64,000 bases of DNA from Takakia lepidozioides (taxonomy: Eukaryota > Plantae > Bryophyta), in the NCBI GenBank assembly GCA_030704615.1, contig CM060731.1:94612001-94676000 (forward strand). The letters run 5' to 3'. The notes beneath the pieces were generated by a model. That model saw only the letters and a program-made list of their open reading frames with translations. It did no database searches and was not told the origin of the DNA. The position numbers and the translations under genes were made by a program. Below, one piece after another: positions 49,257 through 62,759 of the stretch. Every line of letters starts with the position of its first letter. Position 1 is the stretch's first letter.

Positions 49257-52200
49257 AGGAGTTGTCAGCTAGGCCAGCCATTGAGCGCAGCATGATGACT
49301 CCTGGAGTAGTCCTGGTAAACAATCAGGATGGAGTGTTTCAGTTGAGTGGCCCAACCGGGAGGAGATATAGGCCACTACGAGTCTTGTTGGATTCGGGAG
49401 CACAGAACAGCAGTTGCAGGTTTGGGCCTTACAAAGGCGGATTTGGAGCCTTGCCCTTTCCAAATTCAGACATCTTTGGGTGGTTTAGAGAATGCGCAAG
49501 GGATTACACGCCATGAGCTCTTCATTTGATTGCAGCCAGATCATCCTACGGATGGCTCTGTCATGAGAGCTACAGCCATTATTACGGATGCGATGTCCTA
49601 TGATGTGCTTGTTGGTGGGGCTGTGTTATACCCAATGGGATTTACTTTGGAATTCTAGGAGGAAACGACATCGTACAAGCCGGAGTGGCAGTCAGGGCCG
49701 GATGGCCAACGTGCACTGCTCTCAGTGCGGTTTATTGGGAATGTAGTGGTGGATCATAGGAACATGATGCCAACATTGGCTGCATTATCAGATATGGTGG
49801 CTTGGGGTGATGAGCTCTTGGAGGGCAATAGCCATGCAGATGATAGGCCACCACATGATGAGGACAAACAATTGACATATAAGGTTGAGTTGCTTCCTCA
49901 TGTGCCTGTGCATAGCTCACTGTGGGGTACAGTTGGGGATTTGCAATGAGTGACAAGCCAGTGTGTCTAGCAAACATGGCAGGAGGCCTTTCCATCAGTG
50001 GGTGAGAGGAGTTTGATGACATCATCTGGACCTCCTCAGTTAGCTCCATTGGACACAGTGCCCATTACCTGACAACCACCTGACTCAGTGATTTGTTTGC
50101 TAGACCTGTTTGTCAGGCGGGAAATATGCCTCGACAACGGTGATGCCAACTAAGAAGGATATCTATGGCAATTGGACAGAAAGAAGGATGTGTGGGGACT
50201 ATCGTCATGTGAACCGTCAGACTAAGTCTGATAGATATGCATGGCTCCAGAGGAGATCTTTGATGCCATTGGGCATGCGAAGGTATTTAGCACATTGGAC
50301 TCGCGATCCGGTTACCACCAGTTGCCAATCAAAGAGGCTGACAAGCAAAAGATGGCATTCTGGAGGATTGACCAACACGGGAAGGATTGCTTGTACAAAT
50401 GGCAGTTCCTACCGTTTGGGTTGAAGAATGCTCGTGCAGAGTTTCAGAGGATCATGGATATGATTCTTGTAGGGCTAGACTTCGCCCGGTGCTACATTGA
50501 TGACATCATCATCTTTAGTGCTATGATTGAGGAGCACGAGAGCTGGTTGAAATTGCACCCTGGGAAGTGCAAGTTCTTCCCAATCTCCCAAGTGCCCATT
50601 CTGCAAGCCTCTCTTGACTGTCTGAACAACTCTTTCCGCCAAGCCATCAGCCTCGGGATGATCCCGAGAAGTAGTGCGGTGATCTACCAAGGCTTGCTCG
50701 CACAAAGCCTGAAACTCCCCCAAGAACTCTCTCCCCTGGTCCGTGAGTACCTCGGCTGGAGCACCAAATTGGCTAAGCACTCGATCTAAGAATGCATATG
50801 CAGCCCCCTCACTTGCCTTGTCAGGCAATGCCACCACTTCAATCCAATTGGAGAAATGTTCTACCATCACGAGCACATACTTGTTATGGCGAATCATTAG
50901 TGGCAATGGGCTTGCGAAGTCAAGACTCCAACGATAGCCCAAATCCATAATGGGTAAAGGATGCAATTGTGGAGTAGGTGCGTTGAAAAAAACCCGCACT
51001 CTATCACACACCATGCACCTTGCCATTAACTACTGCACATCCGTGTGCATGCCCCGCCACCAATACTGTCCTTGCAGCAAACTATGTGTGCGTCGCACCC
51101 CAAAATGTCCCAACTCCTTATGGGCATGGCGTACCAATCGCACTCGTTGTGTTGGGTGAGGCACAATTATCATTCGTCCATCCTCCCATACACGGAGTAG
51201 GTGAGTCCCCTCCCACTTGAACCTCTTGGCTCGTTGTAGGATCCGATCTCTCTCCTTAGCAGTCACACTGGCTGATGTCTCTCCAGTATGAAGGTAGGCC
51301 AACACTGCTGCATCTTCATGCGCATCCTTAGCACCACCAAGCTCCTCATTGATCTCCGGATTGTCATGCATACCATCTACATGACCAATCCTATGGGATG
51401 GACCAGCTTGAGTTCCCATTGCTAAAATGCACAAAAAGGCAGATGCATGCCATCCTGACATCATCTCCTCATCCGTCTCACCATGCCACCGAGCTCCAGT
51501 ATCATCATGCTCGTTCATGCATAGATTACGACTCAATCCATCTGCATCCCGATTGACTATACCGGCTCGATGCACCACTCTTGAAGCATAAGTGCCCACC
51601 GTGCAAGCTTCCCTAAGCTTGTCTGACTCCATCAACCACTTCAATGGTTGGTGATCCGTGACAAGGGTGAAGAGATTGCCATAGAGGTAGCATCTGAAAT
51701 GTGTCACTGCCCATTCTGCAGCTAAACACTCTCCTTTATATGAGCTATACTTTGCCTCATCATCATTGTTCGAGTGGCTAACATATGCCACTACAAACTC
51801 TCTTCCTTCATCAGTTACCTGTGTGAGCACTGCTCCAATCCGTATGTAGCTGGAAAGGCCACCTCCGAATAGGCCGCCTCAAAATAGGTGCAGAAGTCAA
51901 TCGAGCCTTGAGTTCCTCAAAGGCTTCCTCCTGCTCATCCTCCCACTGCCACTCCTGACCTAAGAACCTTGCTATTGCCCAACACCGAGACACGTTGAGG
52001 TATGCCACTATACATGGAGGAGGATATCGATCGGGTGTTTGGAGATTCAACCCTGGGGACTATGTGTACCTGCAGCAGACAACACCAACGACCTTGGATG
52101 TCACAGCAGGGCGTGTGATTCTAAGGGTCAGGGAGGTGTTGCCTTCAGGAGTGTTGATTCTGGAGGGTCGGGATGGCATGGTATGGAAAGACCATGTGCG

Positions 52201-53227
52201 CAATTGTGCGCCATGTCACCTTCCCCATGTGGATAGGAGGATAGATCCCAACCTTGCAGTGGTACTTGTAGGATTGCATTGCATGCTATGTGGGCATGCT
52301 GGTGGTGCCGCGACCATACTGGTGTGTGACAAATGTTCAAGGGGGTGACACATGGGATGCTTGACACCACCACTTGAGGAGGTTCATAGTGGAGAATGGT
52401 TGTGTCCACGATGCCTTGGATAGAGGTAGTGGGGCATGACAATGGTGGAGTTGACAAATGATCCAAGGTCTAGCTGGTGGGAGCTCAACGCCATGGATAC
52501 TCAATTGAAGATCATGGATTGTAGACAGACGACTAACGATGGGGCTATCTTTGCACCCGGCCTCTTGATCCATATATTTTAGAAACTTGGGACATGTGCG
52601 ATTGAAGACCAAACGATGATCTTATTGAGATGGATACTTGTCAGCTATCCGGTGTTAGAGGGACCTAATCACCAGCTAGGGGGGTGATTGTGGCATAGCT
52701 TTCTAGGATTGTGTGCTTAGAATGTATGGTGGACAACGATGTATGTTGTGGCACGATGCTTAGGTGCACGACAGCTGTCATGGTTTTAGTCATGGTTAAC
52801 TAGAATGACCTACTTCTAGTTAATTATGACATTTTGGATATTTATATTTGTATTTTGTGTGTTGGGACTTCATTTGGTCTCATATGCCAAGTAAGGTATC
52901 ATGCCTCACTTGGGACATGGGGATGGATTTTCCCCTTGTGAGGGTTGAGGATGGCTCATCTTCTTGTAGTTGAGCCTCCATGAGCCTCTCTCACCTCCAT
53001 AGCTCTAGATATTGCGAGGGAGTGTGTTGAGGGCTTTGTAGGATGGATTCCTTTAGCGAAGGTGCCCTTGGCTTGACTTAGTTTATGTGATTGAGTGGAT
53101 TCATGAGTGGAGCGTTTCCATTGTGTTCACTTTCATTATCATTGTGGCATAGCTTTCTAGGATTGTGTGCTTAGAATGTATGGTGGACAACGATGTATGT
53201 TGTGGCACGATGCTTAAATGCACGACA
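49257..53227 (+). mobile_element. Decayed gypsy element with C-terminal PHD finger; RNase H-integrase block inverted
   Basis: Plus strand: protease RVLLDSGAQ, RT (RRMCGDYR, LPFGLKNA, CYIDDIII). Minus strand 50581-51960: RNase H (TDHQPLKWL) and integrase (HFGVRRT, VLTDQGREF). Plus strand again: integrase tail, PHD, PPT, and LTR start TG at 52689. Confidence 0.9.
52277..52415 (+). pseudogene. PHD finger at the end of pol
   Basis: CMLC...ILVCDKCSRG*HMGCLTPPL..V..GEWLCPRC (C4HC3). Confidence 0.9.
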
Positions 53228-53239
53228 CCACTCTGGACT

Positions 53240-55763
53240 GGTTCTGTTTGGCTTCTAGTTTCAAAGTTAACTGGTCTAAGTCAGTGGGGATTCTCTCCAT
53301 TCTGGACAGAACTTGGTGGCTCATATTCCTGAATGGGGTGTTGACAAAGGTTATCTTGGCTCAAGGTTGGTGATTCAACTAAACTTTTGGGCCACCTGAT
53401 TGGACACAATCTCTTGCAGCAGGACAGGTTTGCCCCCAGTCTCGAAACTCTTAAGGCCAGGCTGATTTTTCGGTGCTCTGCCCAACATTGCATTGCAGGC
53501 CGCGCCTTGGTTGCCAACCGGGTTTTGTCAGCTGCTATGTGGTTCATAACTTCTGTCTGGGACCTAGGTGGTAAAATTCTTAAATCCATCAAGGCACTAA
53601 TTCGTGACTTTTCGAGGGGTGCTCTGGATGCTTCAATCCCCAAACAAGCTCTGGTTTCTTGGTCGTAGTTATGTCTAAAGAAGAAGGCAGGGGGTCTTGA
53701 TATCCTGGATATTGAAAAAGAAATCACAGCACTACTTGGAAAATGGATTCCTAGGGCCTTTATGCCTATGGCGGGTCCCTGGAAATTTTTGATCTGACAG
53801 AATATCCAGCGATCAATTCCTTCTTCAAGTTGATCCTGGCGCTCCAGTCTTCGTTGGCTTGTACAGGGTGGGTCCAGAAATCGCAGGCAGACTGTAGGAT
53901 CGTTCGGCCTGTCATGCTATTTGGAAGGCCTGGATGAGACTAAGGGAGTATCTCTACCAAATTCCTCCTAAGTCTTGGGCTGAGGCCATTAGACAACCAT
54001 TTTGTAATCTTCAATTAGATAATGAGAGGCTTGCCTCCGGTGCTGCTAGATGGGCTAATTGGGAATTGGCAGGGTTTTCCTCGGTCATGGATGTGTGGAC
54101 AGACCAGGGATTGGTAAGCAGTGACTCCTTGACAGGTAAGCTCCACTTCAATGCCATTAACTCTGGCTGGCCCCTAATTTTTGATGCAGTAACTCAACGT
54201 TGGACCTCCACTCTAATGCCTGGCCGAGACCATTGGCAGACCCCTGCTTGGCGTGGATGTTTGGGTGGTATTCCTGTTCACATAATCTATGTTTCTTTGT
54301 TACAAGATCAAACTGCCTCGGGGGTTGGATTCGACTCCAAACCTGATCGCACCTTGTCTCTATGGGTTCCCTTTCCTGTCACATCGGTTCAACATTTGCG
54401 GTCAGAATCATGGACTCCTCTGGCACAGTCAACCCCGTGTATAATGGTGCTAGTACCTTGTTGCAATGGGGGTCGGCCATCTCAGTATTTTGGTTCCTTA
54501 ATCAACCCATCTCCCAGCAGTGGGACCCTGGTGAATGGTCTTGGTGCATTCAGGATAGCACCAAACCTATTCTGCGAAGTTGGGGTACAAAATGCAGATT
54601 CTCAACTATCATATTTCTGATAAGTTAACTACTAAATGGGCTCCCCTCCTTGTGCCTCATGCTTCGTGGCGTCTTATCTGGTTGGATGTACGGTATAAGC
54701 AACGAGCCGCCAAGGTCTCGGCATTTCTCTAGAGACTCTGTAACAAGATCCTTCCCCTCTCCTATTTGATGTCATCTCCTGATGATATTTGCAGATCTTG
54801 CTCCATGGCCGAACCAGAGACTATGATTCACTATTTTGTCTCATGCCATTTTGCAGCCTCCATTTGGTCTAAGATTCGATCTTTCTATCAACGTTGGCAA
54901 GATTTTGATCACATAGATCCCTGCTTAATATTCGTCCTCTTCTATTTGGCACTCCTGCCAGGTTTGGAATGCGTTACGTGGGCTTGGCCTATGGTGCATT
55001 TGGAAGGCCCAATGTGCTAACATTTTTGAGCAAAGGCCTGTCTGTATTAAGTCATCTATGAACTTGCTTTTCTTTGACTTACTAGTAGAGGGACGCAAAC
55101 TGTGGGGGGTGTTGTTGGAAACAGTTCGCAGATGCAATGAGGAGCGGAGGGCCTCTCTCCTCTCGAAATTTGATTCCGAAAGGGGCCACCTTGGCCTGCT
55201 ATGTGAAAGGCAGGGAGACGACATCTAGTGGTCACCCAGACCTCTAGTTTGACCCCAACCACTGGGCATCCCTTGCCGAATTGGAAGAGGACATCAACTG
55301 GCGCCATTGTAAGAACAGGGACTCCAAGGTCCGGGCGCATCTCAATTTCAAGCCCCTTAGAGCCAAGCGCTAGCATTTTTGGCTGCTCATTAGGTTTTGT
55401 CACTGGTAGCTTAACAATATATAGAGCTTCCTGCCCCTCTGGCAGCTCCTTATCTCGGTTTTAAGACTTAGGCACCTTAGTTGCATTTTGGGATACCTCT
55501 TTCTCTGTGTGTTCCAGTCGCTTAGGCATAGTAGGATGTCTTTTTAGATTCAAACTGTTATGCTCACTCCAGGATCATGGCTCACTGATTCGTTCAGGGC
55601 TCCTGGGATCTAGTTTTGTAAGCCTGCCCTGGGTGGCCTGTTAGGATGGTACCCAATCTTCCAAGATGTAAGCCTGATGGTCTTCTGTCCTAGTTATTTT
55701 TTCCAGGACACCTCTATTAACATGATATACATGGCTTCTTCCCCTATTATTTAAAAAAACAAA
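53240..55763 (+). mobile_element. 5'-truncated, decayed L1/Tx1-like LINE
   Basis: GRALVANRVLSAAMWF...IRDF...VSW..LC..K..GGL, zf-RVT-like CRSC...ETMIHYFVSCHFA..IW, and an A-rich 3' end at ~55753-55763. Confidence 0.82.
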
Positions 55764-58700
55764 TATAGCCAGTGCTTCAGATTGTCCCTTCAGCTCTATT
55801 ATATTCACTTTTTCCAAGACACCTTCCTTTATTTGGCTCCTCTTATTCTAAAGAGGAGACCACACATGAGTGTCAAAATCGCTAAGCCCCTGTTGTGCCT
55901 TCCTTAGGTGTCACCTCCTCTCCTCTGCTTGAAAACTACCTCCATGAGGTGCCTTCTCTAGGTAAGACCTCCCTCATGTAACATCTTTGTTATTGAACAA
56001 CTTATGAGAAATAAATGGATAAATTTTCAAGTTTTTTTTTTTTTTTTTTTTTCTAAAGGAAAACTGGGAGCGACAGCCCACAATTCAGGCCCTTGAGGAG
56101 GGGGAAAAATTAACCCCCTCTCATTTATCCTACAGGACGAACAATGCCCAAACATATCGTCAAGAACAATCCACACAAGCGTTCAAGTTTACTATGGATG
56201 AAAGTACATTCCACTATTCACAAAGAGGAGCCATACGCGACTAGCCGCTTGTTTGCCACACTGCAGATTCTCCATGTAGACTAGCTCGAGAAGAGAGGGA
56301 TTGGGGATGTGTCTATTGATGTGTAAGTGGCGCATGTCAAGTAGTTGGAGGCTGGAGGAAGTCGTTTGGAGGTATTTATGTGGGTAACGTGGTGTCGTCG
56401 AGGTGTTGCACCTTGCAATGGAGCTGGCGATATAATGGAAACATTTGGAGGTTTTGTTGTGTAACGAACCTTCGAGGTGTGGATTTTTCTTCCATTGTAG
56501 CAGGAGGAGAGAGAAATCCTGGGAAATTGTGGGTGAGTGTATGTTTGTGAGAGAGCGGAAGACGAAAGTACCTGGAAGGATACGCAGAAGCGGTAAGATT
56601 AGGAAGGGGGGAGAGGACGGGGATGGCGGAAGATGATGACGAGATGGAAAACGAGGCGTGTGTGGGTCGTTTTGGTTTTTGGCAACCACATCCGCTTTAT
56701 GTGCCTCCACCGTTCTATCGCAGATTTTCTGGCCGGGTCTGTCTTCTCTCTTTCACAGCAAAGGCTCATTTCTGGCCATATCTTTCCTCTTCTGTTTTCT
56801 GAAGTTTTTGCTGGTAAGACATATAGGCTTGACTTGAGCTTTTTCGGTGTCTATCTTTTCTTTAGCCCCACAACTCGACGTTGTGCGTAATTGGAATATT
56901 TTTAGAGACGTCTGTCGGGCAGCTCCTCATTCTGCCTGTTTGTTAGGAACCCTTGCAACTGTTTGTGAGGGGATGATAGAGACGCAAACAGCGTCTTCAC
57001 TGATGGACTTCGCCAATGGTGTGTTTCGTTGCAATGATGCAGGAGTATAGGTGGAAGTTAGGAGCAAAGTTGACGATGGAGCCTGGGCTGCATGTGAAGT
57101 TACAGCGAGCTCTCGCATTTCCCAATTGCTTGGGCTTGGGTTTGTTCTTCTTTTCATCTCCGGTGGTGCTGAGTGTCATCAATGTTACCTATCCCCAGCT
57201 AGACCAACAGACAATTGCTTTCCGATATGGTCAGTCTAGTGGCTTGAAATACTGTAGTGCTGTGGCAAGGGAGAAATTTGCAGAGGCTGAAATTTCTTCT
57301 TTGTATGGAAGATGAAAGGATGTGCCAAGTACCATGCTGGAACTGAAACTGTTTCTCAAAACCAATGGCACTGCTCCAAGAGTGTAGGTGCTTATCCACA
57401 CGGCATTTTGTAGGACATTAGAGTACCAATATTTGTGCAGAGGTCAAGGGGAGTTATGAGTAACCGTTTGAGTGCTTTTGCAGGAGATGATGCTCGGGGG
57501 CGGTGGCAAGGGATTCCCATTTCTCTCCAAACTGGTGTGAAGATGGAGGGTTGGCTGCCTCATCAGAATCCAGAAGAAAACTCGCAATGTCTCTCTGATT
57601 CTTATGCCAGGAGCTCCCGAGCTTTTCCATATGCACGCATGAAAGTACTGAGCCCGGTCTTTGGGAAGTTTGGTGAGAAACAACCTTCCCAATCCTCTCT
57701 GCCCTTGATTCATGTCCTGACGGTTAATTGTTAGATTCTCTCCATTCTTCTCCACTGCTGGAGCTTCCTGTCCTCTTGCATACCTTTGTTTATAGCCTAG
57801 ACTTCAATATTTTGAAGTCATGATCTTCGAGGTAGGTCTGTGTGCACAGAGAGGGAGAGCATGCCACCAATTTTCCTGTTTGTAGATCGCCAAGGGGCGT
57901 GGTTGACATTTGTAGGGATAATGGTATATGAGTCTACTTCTGTGGATAACCGAGAGGGGTGGTGATACAGAAGTGAAGTGGCTTTCTCATAAGATAAGAT
58001 ATGAGGTAACTTTCAATGTCTATCGAGAGGTGAGATGGTGATATACACACCCCACTCAGACTAGCTGGGGTCTGGCAGGTACAAGGAGGCAGGGGCATGG
58101 TGTGATGATTTGAAGGGGACATATCTATGGTGGGCTGTGCAGCCCTGCGCCCGGTGCTGGAGCTTCTCCCTGTCCCTGCTTTGACTGTAAAACGGCGGTT
58201 CTCCATTGGTGCTGCTAAACTCACTGTTCATGCAAAATTGGAGGTCAGTTGTCACTTAATTTTTTCCTATTTTTCTAGAAGTATGTCTTGGTTCCCTTTT
58301 GGAACTTGCCTGTGCATCAGACAATGACCACTTATCATGTAACCTGTATGATCTTATATGCTTTGGGATCCCTCGTCCTTTCCTTGTGATCAAGTGCTTT
58401 ATTACTCTTCCCCTATCAAGACAGAAGAAGGGGAAAAAAGAAATAAGAGGAAATACCCGTGCAGGCAATTCCTTTTCCTTCCAAATTTTTCTGCGTTCTA
58501 TCTGCTCTCTTCTTTCCTTAGGATATAACACGGCCTTAAGAAAAGCAAAGGGGAATGGCGGATCAAAGATGCAGATGGGGGACTCGATTGATGTCATTAA
58601 TGGCCCACGTTGGACTTTGCAACTTCAATGGCATCCCTCAGATGTGGTGTGTTCTTAAAACTGCTATAGATCTGGCGGAAATGTCCACTTCTGAATAAAT

Positions 58701-59749
58701 TGGATCTGCGAAGAGATTTGCATAGCCTTGCTTGTTGGAGGTCTCTTGTGTTCTATTGTTGGTCTGTCTTGTTTCTGTGCAATTTATGTCACACAGCGTG
58801 AGAGTTATGGCAAGGTTTATTATCATAAGGCTGCTAGGCTCTAATTCTTCAGGCCTTTCCCTTCTCTGTCTCATTGTGCTTAGTGTATGTACTTGAGACT
58901 GATTTGGCAGAAAGAGTAAGTTTTTCTGGAAGCAATCACCATCTCTTAAAATAATTGTAGCCCTCATAAATTCTATTTTGACAGTGTTGACTCTGTTGAC
59001 AGGTGAGAATGGTGGTGCAGCCAGTTGAAGATGTGATCGGGTTACAATTTTCAAAATCTGTTGAGCTCTCCCATGATTGCAAGGCTGTGCGTCTTCTTGA
59101 CTTGCATTGTATCTCCAAAAATCTTGATGAAAGGCATCAAATCATAGAACAAAGTTTTCTTCTGATTCCCGTGTCATCTGTGCTTTCTGAATCATTTGTC
59201 ACGGCTTCTCCCAACAAGTTTTTATATTCGGCCAAGTTCCCTGCCTGTCCAGTTAATTATTGCATCCATGACTAAAGCTGGGGTTATGTCCAGGTGGCCA
59301 CGTTTCTGTCTGCATTCCTTGCTCTGGAGGTACCCCTTTTTTTAAATTACTTACTGAAGGGTAATTAGTTGGGATAAGCTGCAGGTGGCCACAGGCATAG
59401 CAGAATTGCCATCAAAGCTATTCTTGGGTGGGGGTTCCAGACTAAGGGGCAGTTTGCCGGTTCGATTTAGAATGAAATCTCTTAAAGTTTCTCACATTTT
59501 TGGAACCAGGGTACGGGACCATCACATCTCAAACTCCAATCCATAAGAAAACAAACTTGTGGGGTTTGTGTGGAGTCTAGAGGGGTGATATGTACCTTTG
59601 ATTATAATTGGAATTAGTGATCAGAATCCGTGGCAACTTCACTGTTACATTGTATGGGTGAGCATATTTTTTACTCTATGGATGTGGACAGGCTCCAAGA
59701 GACAACCCATTACCAACAGCTGTTTATCTGCGAGCTTCCAAGGCAATAG

Positions 59750-61543
59750 GAAAAAGTGATGTCATCACTGTGGTGCCTGGCCATTGGATTGATTCTAAGG
59801 GAGAACCAGGGGCGGCTGGGGAACGCGAGTTCAACCTGGAAGTATGTAGAAATACAAAGCCTTGTCTTCCTTGTTTGACTTTATGTTGGTTGCTTCTGTA
59901 TGGTTTCTTTGGTGTTGTCCACACAATTATGTTGCTAGCAATCTATGGGCCTTTATGTTGACAGGTGGCCGATGTGTTAGAGAAGCAGATGCGGGAAAAT
60001 GGGTGGGAAGTACTGCGGCCAGACCGCGCGCCCCTATCTTGCTGGAAGAATAAGAAATTCAATTGGGTTTCCAAGCAGGTGGGCTTGACCTAATATATTT
60101 CCTGTTCATGTTAAGAGTAATTGTATGGTACTCAGTGGCTTTTTGAATGGAACATGTCAATTTTTCTGCAGCTTCAATGAGAGAGAAACTGAAGCAAGAT
60201 GCATTCTCTACCTCTTACCAGGCAGGCAAACCAGTGTTCCTCTTTGCTGGAAATGTAACTTTTGTACTGTAGGTTGAAGGCTACGTGGAAAGGCTTGTGA
60301 TGCAGACTCTGAAGGGCAGACCTGTGCTTGAGATTCATGGCCAGGTGGGTCTCCAATCTACTCCTTGAATGTGCAGTGTTTATTTAGACAAAAAATTATG
60401 ACCAAAAATATGATCGCCAGCTGTAATGCTCCTACCACAGGGCACAGGTTGCGAACCTCAATCATACTTCCCCAAAAAGATGAAACTCTCCCATGTGGGT
60501 GACTGTATCTATCCAAAATGCCAGAAGGGTTATAGCCAACAGCATTTGTTTCCACAGATTGAGTATTATTGAAGTCATTCCCAAATCGAAATGTCACTGC
60601 TAGTCTGTACAGTTCTTATGAAGAGTGGGACAGACAGTGAACACTCGGAATACTACGATTCAATAATAGAACTACCAGCATTCCGCCCAAGTCTTATAAA
60701 GCTTGCCTGGGAGAGGATGGAGAGGAGTAGAGGTGGTGCTTGTTGCTCCGAGCTTTGGCACTACAAGTTGGCTCGCGGGGTACGGGAGAAGGAGACTGAC
60801 ATTTCCCAATGTAGCGGACAAATGCTGACTACAGGGGGCATGTACGTGGAGTTATTGGTGATGCCAATGCAACCCTCAGTAAGGTGCGTACTTCTGTAGG
60901 ATTGGCCTGTCTACTGTTTCTCACTCTTGTCTTGGTCATATTGTTGAGCAATCAATTCAATGCAACTGTGTATCTGGATCTTTGTTTGGTCCCTCAATCA
61001 TTCAAAAAGTTTGTTCCTTTGAGATCCAATTTAAAGATGACTTGTGTTGTGTTGTTATAGGTGGCTGATTTTCAAAAGGCTCGTTTCTGGGATATTTCAT
61101 GGTTTTTAGGAGCTAGCAGGTGATTTTGGGCATTTTCAAATGGATTGGCGAGAGCTTGGGGTGCCTCGGCGAGGTGGTGTCATCTTAGAGAGCTTCAACT
61201 CTGATGAGGTACTAGAAACCAGGCTGGTGGGTTTAACTTGTGTATAAGTGTCATGTTACTGTTTGCTGTTTGTAGTCTGTGATAGCGAGTGTAGTAAAAT
61301 GTTGGTTCTCTGTGCTTAGTGGCTCTGCATACTACCGGACCCTTCTTGTAAAGGGAAGTACTCTCAAGGCTTATTTTCCTTGATGTTGCACAGGTCCTGC
61401 AGATGGCACCCTGGCACCGCACATGGGCTGTTAGAAGACTTGCCAATCGCATAGTGGCCTGTATTGAGCGTGCCAGCTCTGCAAATCGCACATTAAGAGG
61501 CCTCTTAGTAGATCTAGGGTCGGATGCTGACTCGCTCCCTTAG
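59750..61543 (+). CDS. Host gene, N-acetylmuramoyl-L-alanine amidase (Amidase_3-like) catalytic exons; further 5' exons probably lie in 56600-59700
   Basis: Exons ..59841, 59965-60078, 60306-60344, 60815-60883, 61110-61208 and 61394-61543, all GT-AG and phase 0. They give VVPGH...GAAGEREFNLEVADVLEKQMRENGWEVLRP...VLEIHGQ...ELAGDFG...PRRGGVILES. Confidence 0.85.
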
Positions 61544-62349
61544 GAGCCTGAGCCATGGCTTTCCTACAGGCCAATCATTCTGCCGTTTTTTTTTGGTTTG
61601 GATACTGTTTTTGCGGGAAATAGTGAAGAGATTCCCTTACCACAGTGTATATTAGTCACACGTCCATGATTTTATATTCCCCTACACATTTGTTTCCGCC
61701 AGGAACCTCCACAGGGAAGAACGGTTAGTAATGTTAGCGTCTTAAAACTCTGTTCATGTCATATCGCAAGTTGTGGCAAGCAGCCTGAAGCTGCATTGCT
61801 TCAGCTCAGGGTGAATCAACATCGGGGCTATGGAAACCCAAACAATTCATTCAGGGCAGGGCAGGTGGGCAGAGAGGGTGTGGTCGATGGTATGGAATAC
61901 CACAAAGGCCAAAACAGCAGCTAGCCCTGCATACGAAAAGCCTGGGCCAATATATTCAAGCCCAGGCTTAATCCCTAATATCCCAAGCTTCTAAAAAAAA
62001 CTGGAAAAGAAATGGAACATCCACCTACATGAAGGGCCTTATCTACTAGAAAACTAACATTAGGGTAAATTGGTTGAAAGGTGAGATACTTGAGGACCCT
62101 TCACACTTGCTGTTACCAGTGTAAAATAGGTTATCATTACCGACCTAATTTTATCACCTTGACATAATTTTTAGGATGCTAGTGCCAAGTTTTTGTTGAC
62201 AGAAGGCCACGTTGACAAGTTCTGGCTAAACCCTAATATATTTTAGCCAAAAATTCACATTATTTTTAGCCAAATAACTATAATGTTAATAGTTGAATTA
62301 TTGAAGGGGAAGAAAAGTTAAATCTCAAAGGGTGCCATACGGCCTCAAC

Positions 62350-62700
62350 AATCAACCATGACCAAGAAGAAAAACCCTAACATATTTTTTACATTTATTC
62401 TAATGATCCCTTAGAGCCAATGTAAGGATCTCTTAAATTGAAAAAAAAAAATTAAATTGCTATTTACGTTTGTTGTAAGGATCCCTTATAGCGTTCTAAG
62501 CCTCTCTAAGGATTTCATAGAGCGGGAAAACAAATCGGTCAAATCGGTCAACCATGACGAAGAAGGTAAACCTTAACATATTTTTTACATTTATTCTAAC
62601 GATTCCTTAATATCCTTAGAGCCAATGTAAGGATTTGTTAGATTGGGAAAATAGAAAAAGCTAAATTGCTATTTATATTCGCTCTAAGAATCCTTTAAAG
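62350..62700. repeat. AT-rich ~130-150 bp direct duplication
   Basis: CAACCATGAC..AAGAAG..AAACC.TAACATATTTTTTACATTTATTCTAA..CCTTAGAGCCAATGTAAGGAT at ~62354 and ~62549. Confidence 0.75.
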
Positions 62701-62759
62701 CCGCTCTAGGGGTTTTTTAGAATGGAAAAACAGAAAAACTAATTTGTGATTTTACTCTA

